A stretch of 64,000 bases of DNA from contig BOKX01000001.1 in the NCBI GenBank assembly GCA_016861205.1, positions 456,539-520,538 of the forward strand, given 5' to 3'. The notes beneath the pieces were generated by a model. It saw nothing but the letters and a program-made list of their open reading frames with translations, did no database searches and was not told the DNA's origin. Position numbers and translations under genes: made by a program. This document shows, piece after piece, positions 9,355-19,713 of the stretch. Each line of letters opens with the position of its first letter. Positions within the stretch are counted from its first letter, which is position 1. This DNA comes from Patescibacteria group bacterium. Lineage in GTDB: Bacteria; Patescibacteriota; Microgenomatia; UBA1400; PJMF01.

Positions 9355-10851
9355 ATGATCAAACGCTACGTTCGCCGCCACCCCATCCGTACTCAGCGTT
9401 TGCTCGAGATCTTACCTGGCTTTGTTTCGTGGTCATTGATTCTGTTTCCCGTCTGGGGTTCGATTTTATTTCCCGTAGCTGTGGCCTACTATGTGATCGC
9501 GTTCACGGTGTACTGGCTGTACCGATCGGCCACGTTGGCAGTTTTGTCTGTGATCGCTCACTATAAAATCAAAGCCGGTAGTTTGTTTGACTGGTTGAGT
9601 GACTTACAACAGACCTATCCCGAGCGCTGGCAAGACATTCATCACATCATTGTTATTCCCACCTATCAGGAACCCTTGAGTACGCTGCAACGCACACTGG
9701 ATGCTTTGAGCCAACAATCTTACCCACTGAAAAACCTGCACATCATGTTGTCATTTGAAGATCGTGAGGGTGACCCAGCTCGCGAAAAAGCTAAACAACT
9801 CAAGAAAGGCTATGGCCACTTGTTTGGTGACCTTTGGACTACGTACCACCCTGATATTGAAGGTGAGGTAAAAGGTAAGTCATCAAATACTTCCTGGGGA
9901 GCTAAACAGGCGAAACAGCACCTGGTTGATAAACAAGGGATGCCGATTGAGAACATCACCATCACCAGTGAAGATGCCGACGCGTTGTTTCACAAACACT
10001 ACTTTAGTGCCTTGACGTACAGTTTCTTAGGTGAAGCCAAACCGTTCAACCGAATCTGGCAGGGCGCGATCGTTTTCTACAACAACATCTGGAAAGTACC
10101 CGCTCCGGTCCGAGTCATGGCCTCGGTCTTTTCGGTGACGCAGATGTACATCCTGATGCGCAAGGACCGGCTAGTCAACTTCTCTACCTACTCGACTTCG
10201 CTCAAACACGTGCATGACATTGGTTACTGGGACACCGACGTGATCCCTGAAGACTACCGTCTGTTCTTCAAGTCGTACTTTGCCAAAAAAGGCGACTTTG
10301 AAGTTGAACCCATCTTCCTACCTATATATGCCGACGCTGCTGAGTCCGCCACCTGGCGAGCGACGCTGCACAATCAGTACCAACAACTCCAACGCTGGGC
10401 CTGGGGCGTCAGCGACGATGCCTACATTATTCGACAATATATTTTGACCGAAGGCGTTCCTTTCTGGGATAAAACCATTCGTGTCCTGAAAGTGATCGAA
10501 GACCACTTCTTGTGGCCGGTCAATTGGTTTGCGATCACTGTGTCCGCAGCTCTGCCACCGATCTTGAATGAGCAGTTCAGCCGCACCATTCTGGGCAAAA
10601 CCTTACCTCAAGTAACTTCCACCCTGTTAACGCTGTCACTCGTCTCGATGATGGTGCTGTTTGTAATTGACGCGATTAATCGACCGCCCCGCCCCAACAA
10701 GCGATCGGTCATTTCATATGTCAAACAGCCGCTGGAGTTCTTGCTGCTGCCAATTATTGGCTTCTTCTTCTCGGCCTTACCAGGCATCGATGCGCACACG
10801 CGGCTGATGTTTGGCAAGTACATTGAGTACCGAGTGACGGAGAAGGTTTGA
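9355..10851 (+). CDS. Membrane glycosyltransferase family 2 (processive-type motifs)
   Basis: IPTYQE, KGKSSN, EDAD (DxD), PED, QLQRW (QxxRW); TM helices at both ends. Confidence 0.88.
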   Translation: MIKRYVRRHPIRTQRLLEILPGFVSWSLILFPVWGSILFPVAVAYYVIAFTVYWLYRSATLAVLSVIAHYKIKAGSLFDWLSDLQQTYPERWQDIHHIIVIPTYQEPLSTLQRTLDALSQQSYPLKNLHIMLSFEDREGDPAREKAKQLKKGYGHLFGDLWTTYHPDIEGEVKGKSSNTSWGAKQAKQHLVDKQGMPIENITITSEDADALFHKHYFSALTYSFLGEAKPFNRIWQGAIVFYNNIWKVPAPVRVMASVFSVTQMYILMRKDRLVNFSTYSTSLKHVHDIGYWDTDVIPEDYRLFFKSYFAKKGDFEVEPIFLPIYADAAESATWRATLHNQYQQLQRWAWGVSDDAYIIRQYILTEGVPFWDKTIRVLKVIEDHFLWPVNWFAITVSAALPPILNEQFSRTILGKTLPQVTSTLLTLSLVSMMVLFVIDAINRPPRPNKRSVISYVKQPLEFLLLPIIGFFFSALPGIDAHTRLMFGKYIEYRVTEKV

Positions 10852-10868
10852 TTTGGCATAATGGGAGA

Positions 10869-12500
10869 GTGTCACACTCACCTTCATCTCCCACTTTGAT
10901 GCAACGTCTGGACAGTTTTGTGAAACAACATTGGGGTTGGTGGAGCCTGCTCATCGCTGTGCTGCTCTTCCGTTTGCCAACCCTCTGTGAGCCATATTGG
11001 TACGGGGATGAAGGCATTTACTTGACCATCGGCAATGCTCTGCGACAAGGCAGGTTGTTGTACGCTGGCATCGTTGATCATAAAACCCCACTCATTTACT
11101 ACTTCGCCATGGTCCCCTCACAACTCTGGTTCCGCATCTTGATGATGGTGTGGATGATGGTGACGACTTGGTGTTTCTACCAATTAGTCTCGAGTTTTGG
11201 CTGGCGACGTTGGCAAACTTGGCTGAGTAGCTGGATCTTTATCTTACTCACATCACTTCCGGCTTTCGAGGGAAACATTCCCAATGGCGAGTTATTCGTG
11301 ATGGGGTTTGTGCTAGCTGGCTTACTACTTTTAACTCGCACCCGCCTGTGGCTCAATCTACTGGCTGATCCACGCCACGCCCGCTTACCCAGTCACTGGT
11401 CCAAACGTGATATCACCTTAACTGTGTTGGCCGGCATGAGTGGTGGTCTGGGCATTTTGACCAAAGTCCCTGGCTTATTTGATGTCGCAGCCATGGCCTG
11501 GGTCGGCTGGTTAGTACTCACTGCTGGAGTAGTTGACAAAGAGTTTAAAGCTCATGACTGGTGGCCACGACTCAAACTCGTCATAACGAGCTGGTGGTGG
11601 CTAGGATTAGGCATCGTCACTCCAATTGCTTTGAGTGTGCTCTACTTTACACTGCGTGGCAGCTTTGCAAGTTACCTCGAGTTTGGCTTACTTTACAACT
11701 TCCACTACGCCGGCAACTGGCAGCTCGATCTGCCATGGCCCTGGCTAGCTTTCTGGTTTACTTTGCCAGGCAAAATGCTGATTATGGCTGTTGGACTCCT
11801 GCTCGTCACAGCTTGGCAACGCTGGCAATCTCAGGCGTTGAGTTGGAGTTTGGGGTGGTTGTTGCTCGCCTTGTTCGGTTCTTTATTGTCAAATCGACCC
11901 TATCCCCATTACTTTTTACAACTCGTACCAGCACTCAGCATCGTGGTGGTTGCCTGGCTCGGTGAACTCACGCACTTGAAACAGTACCGTTACTTCCGCG
12001 ATAAAAGTCTCGTTCTGGTTGTCTGGCTGGCGACTGCCGCCCTCGTGGCGCTGATCCCGGTGTCGCTCTTGCTACTGAAATTTGGCATGTACCCTACCCT
12101 CAGCTACTACCAAAATTGGTGGCAAGTCGTCACTGGTCAAATCAGCCGCGAAACGTACTACCAACGCTTTAACTGGATCATTCCAGACAATACCCGTGCT
12201 GCCAACATTATTCGCTCGGCTGGAGCTCAAGAAATCTTTATCTGGGGCACTAACCCAATGCTCTACGCAGTTAGTCAGACTGCCCCAACTGGCCGATTCA
12301 CCGTGGCATTTCACATTAAAGATATCAATGCTTTTGACGAAACGATGCGTGACTTAGTCGCAGATCCACCATTGTTCGTGGTAGTTATGAATGAAGATGC
12401 CGAGACCTGGCCTGAAATGCAGACCTTTTTAACTGCTAACGCCTATCAACCAAACTATAGCTTTGAGCACTTTGTGCTGTGGAAGCGACCGAGTAACTAG
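10869..12500 (+). CDS. GT-C fold (ArnT/PMT-like) membrane glycosyltransferase
   Basis: WYGDEGIY..DHKTPLIY loop after TM1; more than 10 TMs; YPHYFLQ; GTG 10869 lies 6 nt after TGGCATAAT. Confidence 0.82.
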   Translation: MSHSPSSPTLMQRLDSFVKQHWGWWSLLIAVLLFRLPTLCEPYWYGDEGIYLTIGNALRQGRLLYAGIVDHKTPLIYYFAMVPSQLWFRILMMVWMMVTTWCFYQLVSSFGWRRWQTWLSSWIFILLTSLPAFEGNIPNGELFVMGFVLAGLLLLTRTRLWLNLLADPRHARLPSHWSKRDITLTVLAGMSGGLGILTKVPGLFDVAAMAWVGWLVLTAGVVDKEFKAHDWWPRLKLVITSWWWLGLGIVTPIALSVLYFTLRGSFASYLEFGLLYNFHYAGNWQLDLPWPWLAFWFTLPGKMLIMAVGLLLVTAWQRWQSQALSWSLGWLLLALFGSLLSNRPYPHYFLQLVPALSIVVVAWLGELTHLKQYRYFRDKSLVLVVWLATAALVALIPVSLLLLKFGMYPTLSYYQNWWQVVTGQISRETYYQRFNWIIPDNTRAANIIRSAGAQEIFIWGTNPMLYAVSQTAPTGRFTVAFHIKDINAFDETMRDLVADPPLFVVVMNEDAETWPEMQTFLTANAYQPNYSFEHFVLWKRPSN

Positions 12501-12572
12501 GTAACACTAGTCCTTCCTCGACAAGATCGAGTCGCTTATCCCATTGTCCAGCATTAACTGTATAATGAGGCC

Positions 12573-12923
12573 ATGACTAGCCAATCACGCCTCGTCATTC
12601 CGCGATTGCTGAAGGTGCCATTCTTACTAAGTTTCCTGATTAGTTCTGTTTTAACACTCCTGGTGCTTGTGGCGTACTTTCGAGTTCAACCACAAGTTCC
12701 ACTGTTCTACACGTTGGCACGACCAAGCCAGCAACTCGTCGCCAAAGAATGGCTTTTCCTGTTTCCGATTCTCTCGTTTGCCATCAGCCTGGTGCACTTG
12801 AGCATCGCACGCTGGTTGTATCCCCAGACTCGGGTCATTGTTCAATTGTTTAGCTGGATGACAGTGGCTATTCAAGTCACCTTAGCTTTAAGTCTCATTA
12901 GAGTGTTGGTAATCATTTCGTAA
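12573..12923 (+). CDS. Small membrane protein (DUF1648-like)
   Basis: Three TMs with a PQVPLFY loop. Confidence 0.6.
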   Translation: MTSQSRLVIPRLLKVPFLLSFLISSVLTLLVLVAYFRVQPQVPLFYTLARPSQQLVAKEWLFLFPILSFAISLVHLSIARWLYPQTRVIVQLFSWMTVAIQVTLALSLIRVLVIIS

Positions 12924-12926
12924 CCT

Positions 12927-13994
12927 ATGTGGCCATTTATTATTAGTTTTCTTATCAGCACCTTAGCGGCCCCGCTGGTGATTCAGTGGTATCGTCGTCG
13001 TCACTGGGTTGATGATCCAGCTACTCATCGACATGTCAAAGTCACTCACCAGCAACCGGTACCTCGGGGTGGTGGCCTGGTGGTCGCAGCTGGCATCGTG
13101 CTCACCAGCTTACTGTTACTGCCAATTGATTCGTACTTACTTGCCATCATGGCCAGCACAGTGTTGCTAACAGTGACAGGCATCTTAGATGATATTTATG
13201 ACATTCATCCTGGCTGGCGATTAGCCGCGGGTCTTTTGGCTGCTTTGATTGTAGTCGGGGCGGGAATTGGGATTGCCTATGTTTCAAACCCCTTTGGTCC
13301 AGGTGTGATCCACCTTGATCAACCAGTCTGGCAACTACAGATACTCGGAGAAACTCGCAGTGTTTGGGTGTTAGCCGACTTGTTTGCAATCGTCTTTATC
13401 GTTTGGAACATGAATATTGTGAACTGGTCAAAAGGGGTGGATGGACAGTTACCCGGATTTGTCGGCATCGCATTAGTGTTCGTTGGCATTTTGTCGTACC
13501 GATTCATTGACGATCCCACTAGCTTCAACACTGCCCATTTAGCATTCATTGTAGCCGGGGCTTTCTTTGGGCTGCTTGTCTGGAACTTTTACCCTCAGAA
13601 AATCATGCCAGGCTATGGGGCGGGATCGTTGGCCGGTTTTTATCTGAGCGTCTTAGCTATCCTGTCTGGGGCAAAAGTGGCAACTACGCTGATGGTTATT
13701 GCCATTCCCACTGCGGACGCCATTTTTACTATTGCCCGCCGTATTCGAGCCGGTAAGTCACCACTCTGGGGCGACCGCGGCCATCTGCACCACAAACTGA
13801 TGGACGTGCTGGGTTGGGGCAAACGCCGGGTGGCTGTTTTTTACTGGAGTGCTAGCTTAGTCCTTGGCATACTATCTTTGTATTTGAATACTATGGGAAA
13901 GCTGCTTACAATAGGCCTAACGTTTGCCATTGTCTTTGGGTTTTTGAGCTGGGCTAAGTGGGTGTCTGTTTATGGAAAACAAAAATCGACGTAA
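12927..13994 (+). CDS. Undecaprenyl-phosphate N-acetylglucosaminyl-1-phosphate transferase (WecA/TagO, MraY-like)
   Basis: PVPRGGG, GILDD, NWSKGVDG, WNFYPQKIMPG, GDRGHLHHKL. Confidence 0.9.
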   Translation: MWPFIISFLISTLAAPLVIQWYRRRHWVDDPATHRHVKVTHQQPVPRGGGLVVAAGIVLTSLLLLPIDSYLLAIMASTVLLTVTGILDDIYDIHPGWRLAAGLLAALIVVGAGIGIAYVSNPFGPGVIHLDQPVWQLQILGETRSVWVLADLFAIVFIVWNMNIVNWSKGVDGQLPGFVGIALVFVGILSYRFIDDPTSFNTAHLAFIVAGAFFGLLVWNFYPQKIMPGYGAGSLAGFYLSVLAILSGAKVATTLMVIAIPTADAIFTIARRIRAGKSPLWGDRGHLHHKLMDVLGWGKRRVAVFYWSASLVLGILSLYLNTMGKLLTIGLTFAIVFGFLSWAKWVSVYGKQKST

Positions 13995-14940
13995 CGAATC
14001 AGTCTTGATCGCCCTGCTGCGGACGGCACGCCCCCGGCAGTGGATCAAAAATTTGGCGTTGTATGCAGCGCTCGTGTTTTCTGGGTTATTTTTCTTTGAT
14101 CCTGTCGATGGCTGGCCCTACTTGGTAACAGTAACGTATGCGTTCGGCATTTTTTGTTTACTGACCTCATCGGTTTACATCATTAACGATATCATCGACC
14201 AAGAGGCCGACAGTCACCACCCATTCAAGCGTCATCGACCGATTGCTTCCGGATCATTACCAGTTCCAGTCGCTACATTTGCTGCCATCGCGATGTTGAC
14301 GGTCGTCTTTTTGATGTCGATGTGGCTGTCCGGATTTTTCCGACTATTAATCCTAACCTATCTGGTGCTGCAGTTCTTGTACGCCAAAACTACCAAACAC
14401 ATTCCCATCCTCGATGTTATCTCGATCGCCACAGGTTTCTTGATCCGCATTTATGCGGGCGCAGTGGTGGTCAACCTGCACATGAGCGTGTGGTTCTTGT
14501 TGACAGTCGTCTCAGCCTCACTCTTCTTAGCGGTCGGAAAACGCCAGAGTGAGCGAACACTGATGGCTGGCAAAGATGTGGGGGAAACGCGCAAATCACT
14601 CAAGCGCTATAGTCAACGTCTACTGGACCAGTACACGGGCATGTTTGCCAACGCGACTTGGCTCACCTATGCCTTGTTTACGTTTCAAAATGAAGTCGTT
14701 CGACCAGATGAACGGTTTGCTAATTTCTACACCATTCTGCCGCGAACACTACAGTCGCAAAAGTTGTTGATGTTAACTTTGCCGTTTGTGATTGTAGGAG
14801 TAATGCGCTATCTACAACTGGTCTACGAAGATAACGAAGGTGAATCACCTGAGCTAGTCATCATTCGAGATAAGGCTCTTTTGACAACTTGTTTTCTATT
14901 TGGTATTTCTGTCATGATAGTTATCTACTTCCTCACTTAG
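13972..14940 (+). CDS. Decaprenyl-phosphate phosphoribosyltransferase-like protein (UbiA family)
   Basis: RPRQWIKN, YIINDIIDQEADSHHPFKRHRPIASG, GFLIRIYAG, GKRQSE, GESPE. Confidence 0.9.
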   Translation: MENKNRRNESVLIALLRTARPRQWIKNLALYAALVFSGLFFFDPVDGWPYLVTVTYAFGIFCLLTSSVYIINDIIDQEADSHHPFKRHRPIASGSLPVPVATFAAIAMLTVVFLMSMWLSGFFRLLILTYLVLQFLYAKTTKHIPILDVISIATGFLIRIYAGAVVVNLHMSVWFLLTVVSASLFLAVGKRQSERTLMAGKDVGETRKSLKRYSQRLLDQYTGMFANATWLTYALFTFQNEVVRPDERFANFYTILPRTLQSQKLLMLTLPFVIVGVMRYLQLVYEDNEGESPELVIIRDKALLTTCFLFGISVMIVIYFLT

Positions 14941-14946
14941 AAGCTT

Positions 14947-16464
14947 ATGCAACGCGTAAAAAGTTGGGCCACCCGCCACTACCTCGGACTACTAGTGATC
15001 ATTGTTGGCTTTAGTTTGCTGACACGTGTCATTCGGCTCGACCAACCACGAGATTACATCTTTGATGAGGTGTACCATGCCGTTACTGTTAAGTTGATTG
15101 CACGTAACGATGTTCGCGCCTATGAGTGGTGGAATCCACCAGTTGAACCTAACACGGCGGTCGACTGGCTTCACCCACCACTTGCTAAGTACACCCAAGC
15201 TGCGTTTGTTGTTTTACTCGGCGAAAATCCACTCGCGTGGCGTTTAAGTGCTGCCCTAACAGGTGTGATCGTCATCGTCTTAACCGCCAAGTTAGCCTAT
15301 CGTTGGTCAAATGACCATCTGGTCAGTCTCCTGGCCGCCGGCCTAGCTAGTCTTGATGGGTTGCTACTAGTTCAGTCCCGAATTGCTATGAATGATATTC
15401 ACGTCACAGCCGCTATCCTGGCTGCGATATGGTTGTACCTGGAGTTCAAGGCACGCCAGCCCGCTGGACAACTTCTTCCTCATGGCCGGCACACTTGGTA
15501 TTGGTGGTTAGCTAGCATCGCCATGGCAGGTGTCGCTATGGCCACCAAATGGTCGGGTTTATTTGCCGTGGTTTGGATTGCAGGCTGGGAAACCTGGCGT
15601 ACTCTTGATTGGTTAATTAAAACCACGCGACCGTCACGCTCCCTGTTTACCAAGTGGCTGACTATCTCGATCATCACCATTAGTTTCTTACCAATAACCA
15701 TCTATACTGCTGCCTACTCCCATATGTTTTTGCAGGGCAAAAGTTTAGTGTGCCGTGGTCAAGAAGTGGATCAAGGCAAGTGTTACTGTGATCAGACATC
15801 GTCGTGGTGGGTAACAGGCTTGAGCCGGGTGCTACCTGGGCAACGTTCAAACTTGGAAGCCCTCGAAAGTCGCGGCGGTTGCAAACGGCTGCTCTCACAC
15901 TTTAGCGAACTGCATAAACAAATCTGGTGGTACCAAACTAACTTAACTGCTACCCATGACTATCAGTCACGACCCTGGCAGTGGTTCTTTGACCTGAAAC
16001 CAGTTTGGTTCCACGTTAAGTATTATGAGGATGGTCGAATTGCAAACATCTATGCATTTGGCAATCCAGCCGTGATGTGGGGTGGCGTCGTTGCTGTGTT
16101 TGCCACTGTTGCTTTCTTAGTTCGAGAATTACCCAAACCTCGACTTTCTGGTGAGTGGTGGCAGTTGGCCACAATGTTGAGCGCCTACTTACTTGTTTGG
16201 CTACCTTGGCAGTTCTCTCCTCGAATCATGTTTTACTATCATTACACGCCAGCAGTGCCGCTACTGTGCATACTTCTGGCTTGGTGGTTACATCGGTTGA
16301 TGACTTGGCGCGTAGCTGCAAAACCAGTTGGCCGTTACATCATCGGCACGTACGTTGCCGCCTGTCTGCTTGCTTTTGTAGTGTGGTTCCCACACTGGAC
16401 TGGCTTACCTGTTAGCCCTGAGTGGATGAAACAAATCTACTTTGTGATTCCGAGTTGGAAATAA
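14947..16464 (+). CDS. Dolichyl/polyprenyl-phosphate-mannose--protein mannosyltransferase (PMT, GT39)
   Basis: IFDEVYH, HPPLAK, SRIAMND, KWSG, HDYQSRPWQW, GNPAVMW, FYYHYTP. Confidence 0.9.
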   Translation: MQRVKSWATRHYLGLLVIIVGFSLLTRVIRLDQPRDYIFDEVYHAVTVKLIARNDVRAYEWWNPPVEPNTAVDWLHPPLAKYTQAAFVVLLGENPLAWRLSAALTGVIVIVLTAKLAYRWSNDHLVSLLAAGLASLDGLLLVQSRIAMNDIHVTAAILAAIWLYLEFKARQPAGQLLPHGRHTWYWWLASIAMAGVAMATKWSGLFAVVWIAGWETWRTLDWLIKTTRPSRSLFTKWLTISIITISFLPITIYTAAYSHMFLQGKSLVCRGQEVDQGKCYCDQTSSWWVTGLSRVLPGQRSNLEALESRGGCKRLLSHFSELHKQIWWYQTNLTATHDYQSRPWQWFFDLKPVWFHVKYYEDGRIANIYAFGNPAVMWGGVVAVFATVAFLVRELPKPRLSGEWWQLATMLSAYLLVWLPWQFSPRIMFYYHYTPAVPLLCILLAWWLHRLMTWRVAAKPVGRYIIGTYVAACLLAFVVWFPHWTGLPVSPEWMKQIYFVIPSWK

Positions 16465-16484
16465 ACAACCCTACTTGGAGCAAG

Positions 16485-19400
16485 TTATTCCTGTGTTTGG
16501 TTGGGTGACCAACTCTCAAAGAACGCCCCCGACGTCAGCTCTGCAGCTACTTCACGAAGTAAGTCAGCCAAAAGTGCCACTTCTTCGTCTGGGAGTTCCA
16601 GTGTTCTGGTGATAAGTTTGCCACTGGTTTTATCGGCTTGTACAAACTCGAAGCATCCATCGACAACTGTGGCATCAAAAGTTTTATCAAGCTGAGTCAG
16701 TAGCTTATAAAACAACAACTGACGTTTATATCCTCCTTGCAAAGCAGGTGGCAGCTGTTGTTCTCGTTCTGACAGCTCAGCTTGGCTCGACTGAGTACTC
16801 GCTGTTAGTTCTCCCAACGTCCGAGGGTTTCCCGTTTTGTAATCGATAACTCGAACCAACTTTTCCTTTGGATCAAGCCAATCAATCCGATCAATTCTCC
16901 CTGTCAGTGGCACATCATCCAACCTAACTCGCTGCGAACCGGAGCCAAAGCGACGTTCAATCAGCCACACCAGTGGCAAGTCATTTTGCAGTTTTGACTC
17001 AAAGTACTGGGTCAAAACATTTCGACCTTGGGTCAGGCGGGCTTGCAACTCATCAGTGGTGAGCGGCTCAGCTTCCAACGCTGCTGTGAACCACTGTAAA
17101 ACTTGGTTGAGCGTAGGCTGCTCATCTCGCAAGCGAGCTTTGAAAAATCGCTCTAAGCTCTGGTGCACCGCCGACCCAAAAGCTAACGTTGCGGACGGCG
17201 GCTCTTGCAACCTCAGTAAGTATTGAAACACAAAATCATCAGGTGACCTCAAATACGTGTTCAAAGCGCTGGCTGACCAAGCAAACGAAGCTATTGATCG
17301 ATCGAAGAGGTGTTTTTGATCAATCCAGGCGAGTGGCGAGGTTGGTGGTTGTCGCCAACCAGCGGGTTCAGTAGTTTGAGAGGCAACCCAGCGATCGAGC
17401 TCGGCCTGATCCCAAGGCTGACTCCAAGATTTCAGCTCCGTCAAAAACTCACTGGGCAATGTCGCCTTTAGCTGCGAGCCCTGGGTGCTCTGGGCTGGCA
17501 GCGTCAAAATCAGCTCGTGTTGAGCCCGAGTAACCGCCACGTACATTAGTCGACGCTCATCTTCATTGCGATCCTTTTCAGTGATATCCGCGTGTTTGAT
17601 TAAACCAGCTGGCAATGGTAGGAGTTCACGACGGCTGGTGTTACCCCAACGACCATCGATACAACCTGACACAAAAACAGTTTGCCACTCACGACCTTTT
17701 GCTTTATGAGCAGTACTCAGGGTCACTTTGCCGACGGTATGCTCGTCACTTTCAATCTCAATTGGTATCCGATATTGGGTGTACAACTCGAGTCGAGCAA
17801 TCACCCCTGCAAGCTGCAACTGTGGTTGCACTAAAGTCCAGGCTGTAATCTCACGCTGAAGGGCAGCTAAACTGGCTGCTAACAATGGCCAGTTCGGCTG
17901 AGTTTTGATCCAAGTTAACCAACCGCTCTCTGTTAAAACTTCCCAGATCCAGCGGTTAATCGGAACCTGAGTCTCTCGCTGCAACCAAGTCTGCCAGCGC
18001 TCTGCAACTTGCTGGAGTTGGTAAAACTCGAGTTGAGTTAAACCTGGTGGCGTCTGATACTTGTCCAGTAACTGAAAATCTTGCGTCAGCAGCGACCAGA
18101 GACTCAACCGACTGACTTTGGCTGCCTGTGCGACTTGAATTACCGAACCAACTGGAATCCCCCACCATGGTTTTATGAGCAACTGAAACAACGCATAATC
18201 ATCAATACCTTGTTGAAGCCGATGCAGTGTTTGCCACCACGCAACCAGATCTTGGATGGCTGGCTCAAGCAGGATATTCTGACCTCCCTGGATAGTCACG
18301 GGAATCGATCGAGCCTGGAACGCGGGCACCAAGCTGTCGACTTCTTTGTTCTGTCGAAATAAAACTGCTATTTCATCAGGTTTAACTCCCGACTTGATTC
18401 GGGCTGCGACTTGATCAGCAATGAACTCAGCCTCCAGCTCAGCTGTTGGTAATTCAGCTACAGCCACAATCCCTGCCATGGGACTAACTGTTTGCAACGC
18501 CTGATCAGCCATCTGGGTAATGGTGCCAGCCCGCAGCTGATTGTGATGTATCAAGCCAGCTGCCGCGTCGTACATTAACTGTGGGCAGCGATAACCTGTC
18601 TCCAGAACAATAATCTCGGCAGCCGGATATTGAGACCTGAAAGCCAACATGTTTTCAATTGATGCACCCTGGAATCGGTAAATTGACTGGTCAGGATCAC
18701 CCACCACACAAATGTTCGCTTGCTCACCCCAAAAGCTGGCTAAATGTGAAACCAGTTCATTTTGGGCAGCATTGGTGTCTTGATACTCATCAACTAGAAC
18801 ATAAAGATACTTCTCTTGATACTCCGCTCGTAGTTCATCATTTGTTTGCAACGCTTGATTCACTCGGGTAATCATGTCGTCATAGTCATAGTGTCCAGCT
18901 TGCTGCAGTTCTTGCTCATAGGCTTCGTACACCGCTGCTAACTCTTGCCACTTAGCAACTTGCTTCTGACCAGCCAACAGCTTGGCTTTAGTCAGCTCAC
19001 TAGCTTGATCCTCGAGATCAGCCGTCTCCGCAGCCACCTGCTCGCGCCACTCCGCCACGGTGATCGCTTCTTTCTTTAACTGTGAAATTGCCGAACCAAG
19101 TTTGGATACGTACAGATCCGGGGCGTTCAACGGTCTGAGTGCAGACAGTGGCAAACGATGAACCAAGCGTTTAATCAACAACAATCGATCAACGTCACTC
19201 AATGGCTGCGCCGACTGGGTCAAGCCAAATATGTCTGGATGCATCATGAGGATTTCATTTGCTAATGCATGAAATGTCTGAATACTGACTCGGTAACCAA
19301 CCGCCCCAACCAAGTTGACGAGTCTGCGACGCATTGTGGCTGCAGCCGATTCAGTAAACGTCAACGCCAAAATCGCCTCTGGTGGCGTGTCAGTTTGCTG

Positions 19401-19571
19401 CAAAATGTGAGCCATACGCATAGTAATAACTTGCGTTTTACCAGTGCCCGGCCCAGCAATTACTAAAAGCGGTCCTTCAATACTTTCCACAGCCTGACGT
19501 TGGCGCTGGTTGAGTTGCGCCAAAGCTGTGGTATATATTACATTTTTAGAACCCATAATAGTTGTTGACAT
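16485..19571 (-). CDS. UvrD/Rep SF1 helicase fused to a C-terminal PD-(D/E)XK nuclease (AddA/AdnAB-like)
   Basis: AGPGTGKT, VDEYQD, GDPDQSIYRFQGA, HKAKGRE, EERR-like EDERRLMYVAVTRA; nuclease GRIDRID..VIDYKTG..QLLFY. Confidence 0.93.
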   Translation of the reverse strand: MSTTIMGSKNVIYTTALAQLNQRQRQAVESIEGPLLVIAGPGTGKTQVITMRMAHILQQTDTPPEAILALTFTESAAATMRRRLVNLVGAVGYRVSIQTFHALANEILMMHPDIFGLTQSAQPLSDVDRLLLIKRLVHRLPLSALRPLNAPDLYVSKLGSAISQLKKEAITVAEWREQVAAETADLEDQASELTKAKLLAGQKQVAKWQELAAVYEAYEQELQQAGHYDYDDMITRVNQALQTNDELRAEYQEKYLYVLVDEYQDTNAAQNELVSHLASFWGEQANICVVGDPDQSIYRFQGASIENMLAFRSQYPAAEIIVLETGYRCPQLMYDAAAGLIHHNQLRAGTITQMADQALQTVSPMAGIVAVAELPTAELEAEFIADQVAARIKSGVKPDEIAVLFRQNKEVDSLVPAFQARSIPVTIQGGQNILLEPAIQDLVAWWQTLHRLQQGIDDYALFQLLIKPWWGIPVGSVIQVAQAAKVSRLSLWSLLTQDFQLLDKYQTPPGLTQLEFYQLQQVAERWQTWLQRETQVPINRWIWEVLTESGWLTWIKTQPNWPLLAASLAALQREITAWTLVQPQLQLAGVIARLELYTQYRIPIEIESDEHTVGKVTLSTAHKAKGREWQTVFVSGCIDGRWGNTSRRELLPLPAGLIKHADITEKDRNEDERRLMYVAVTRAQHELILTLPAQSTQGSQLKATLPSEFLTELKSWSQPWDQAELDRWVASQTTEPAGWRQPPTSPLAWIDQKHLFDRSIASFAWSASALNTYLRSPDDFVFQYLLRLQEPPSATLAFGSAVHQSLERFFKARLRDEQPTLNQVLQWFTAALEAEPLTTDELQARLTQGRNVLTQYFESKLQNDLPLVWLIERRFGSGSQRVRLDDVPLTGRIDRIDWLDPKEKLVRVIDYKTGNPRTLGELTASTQSSQAELSEREQQLPPALQGGYKRQLLFYKLLTQLDKTFDATVVDGCFEFVQADKTSGKLITRTLELPDEEVALLADLLREVAAELTSGAFFESWSPNQTQE

Positions 19572-19713
19572 GGTCAGCTAGATCAGGTAGCCTGAGATTT
19601 AGTACAACCGTAGTGTAACTCAGTTAGGATGAACTCGATAGGGAGTATTTTTCTCTTGTAGAGCGATACACTTTCCACCCAAATTTTGTCAGACTGATCG
19701 GCAAAAATAGTGT

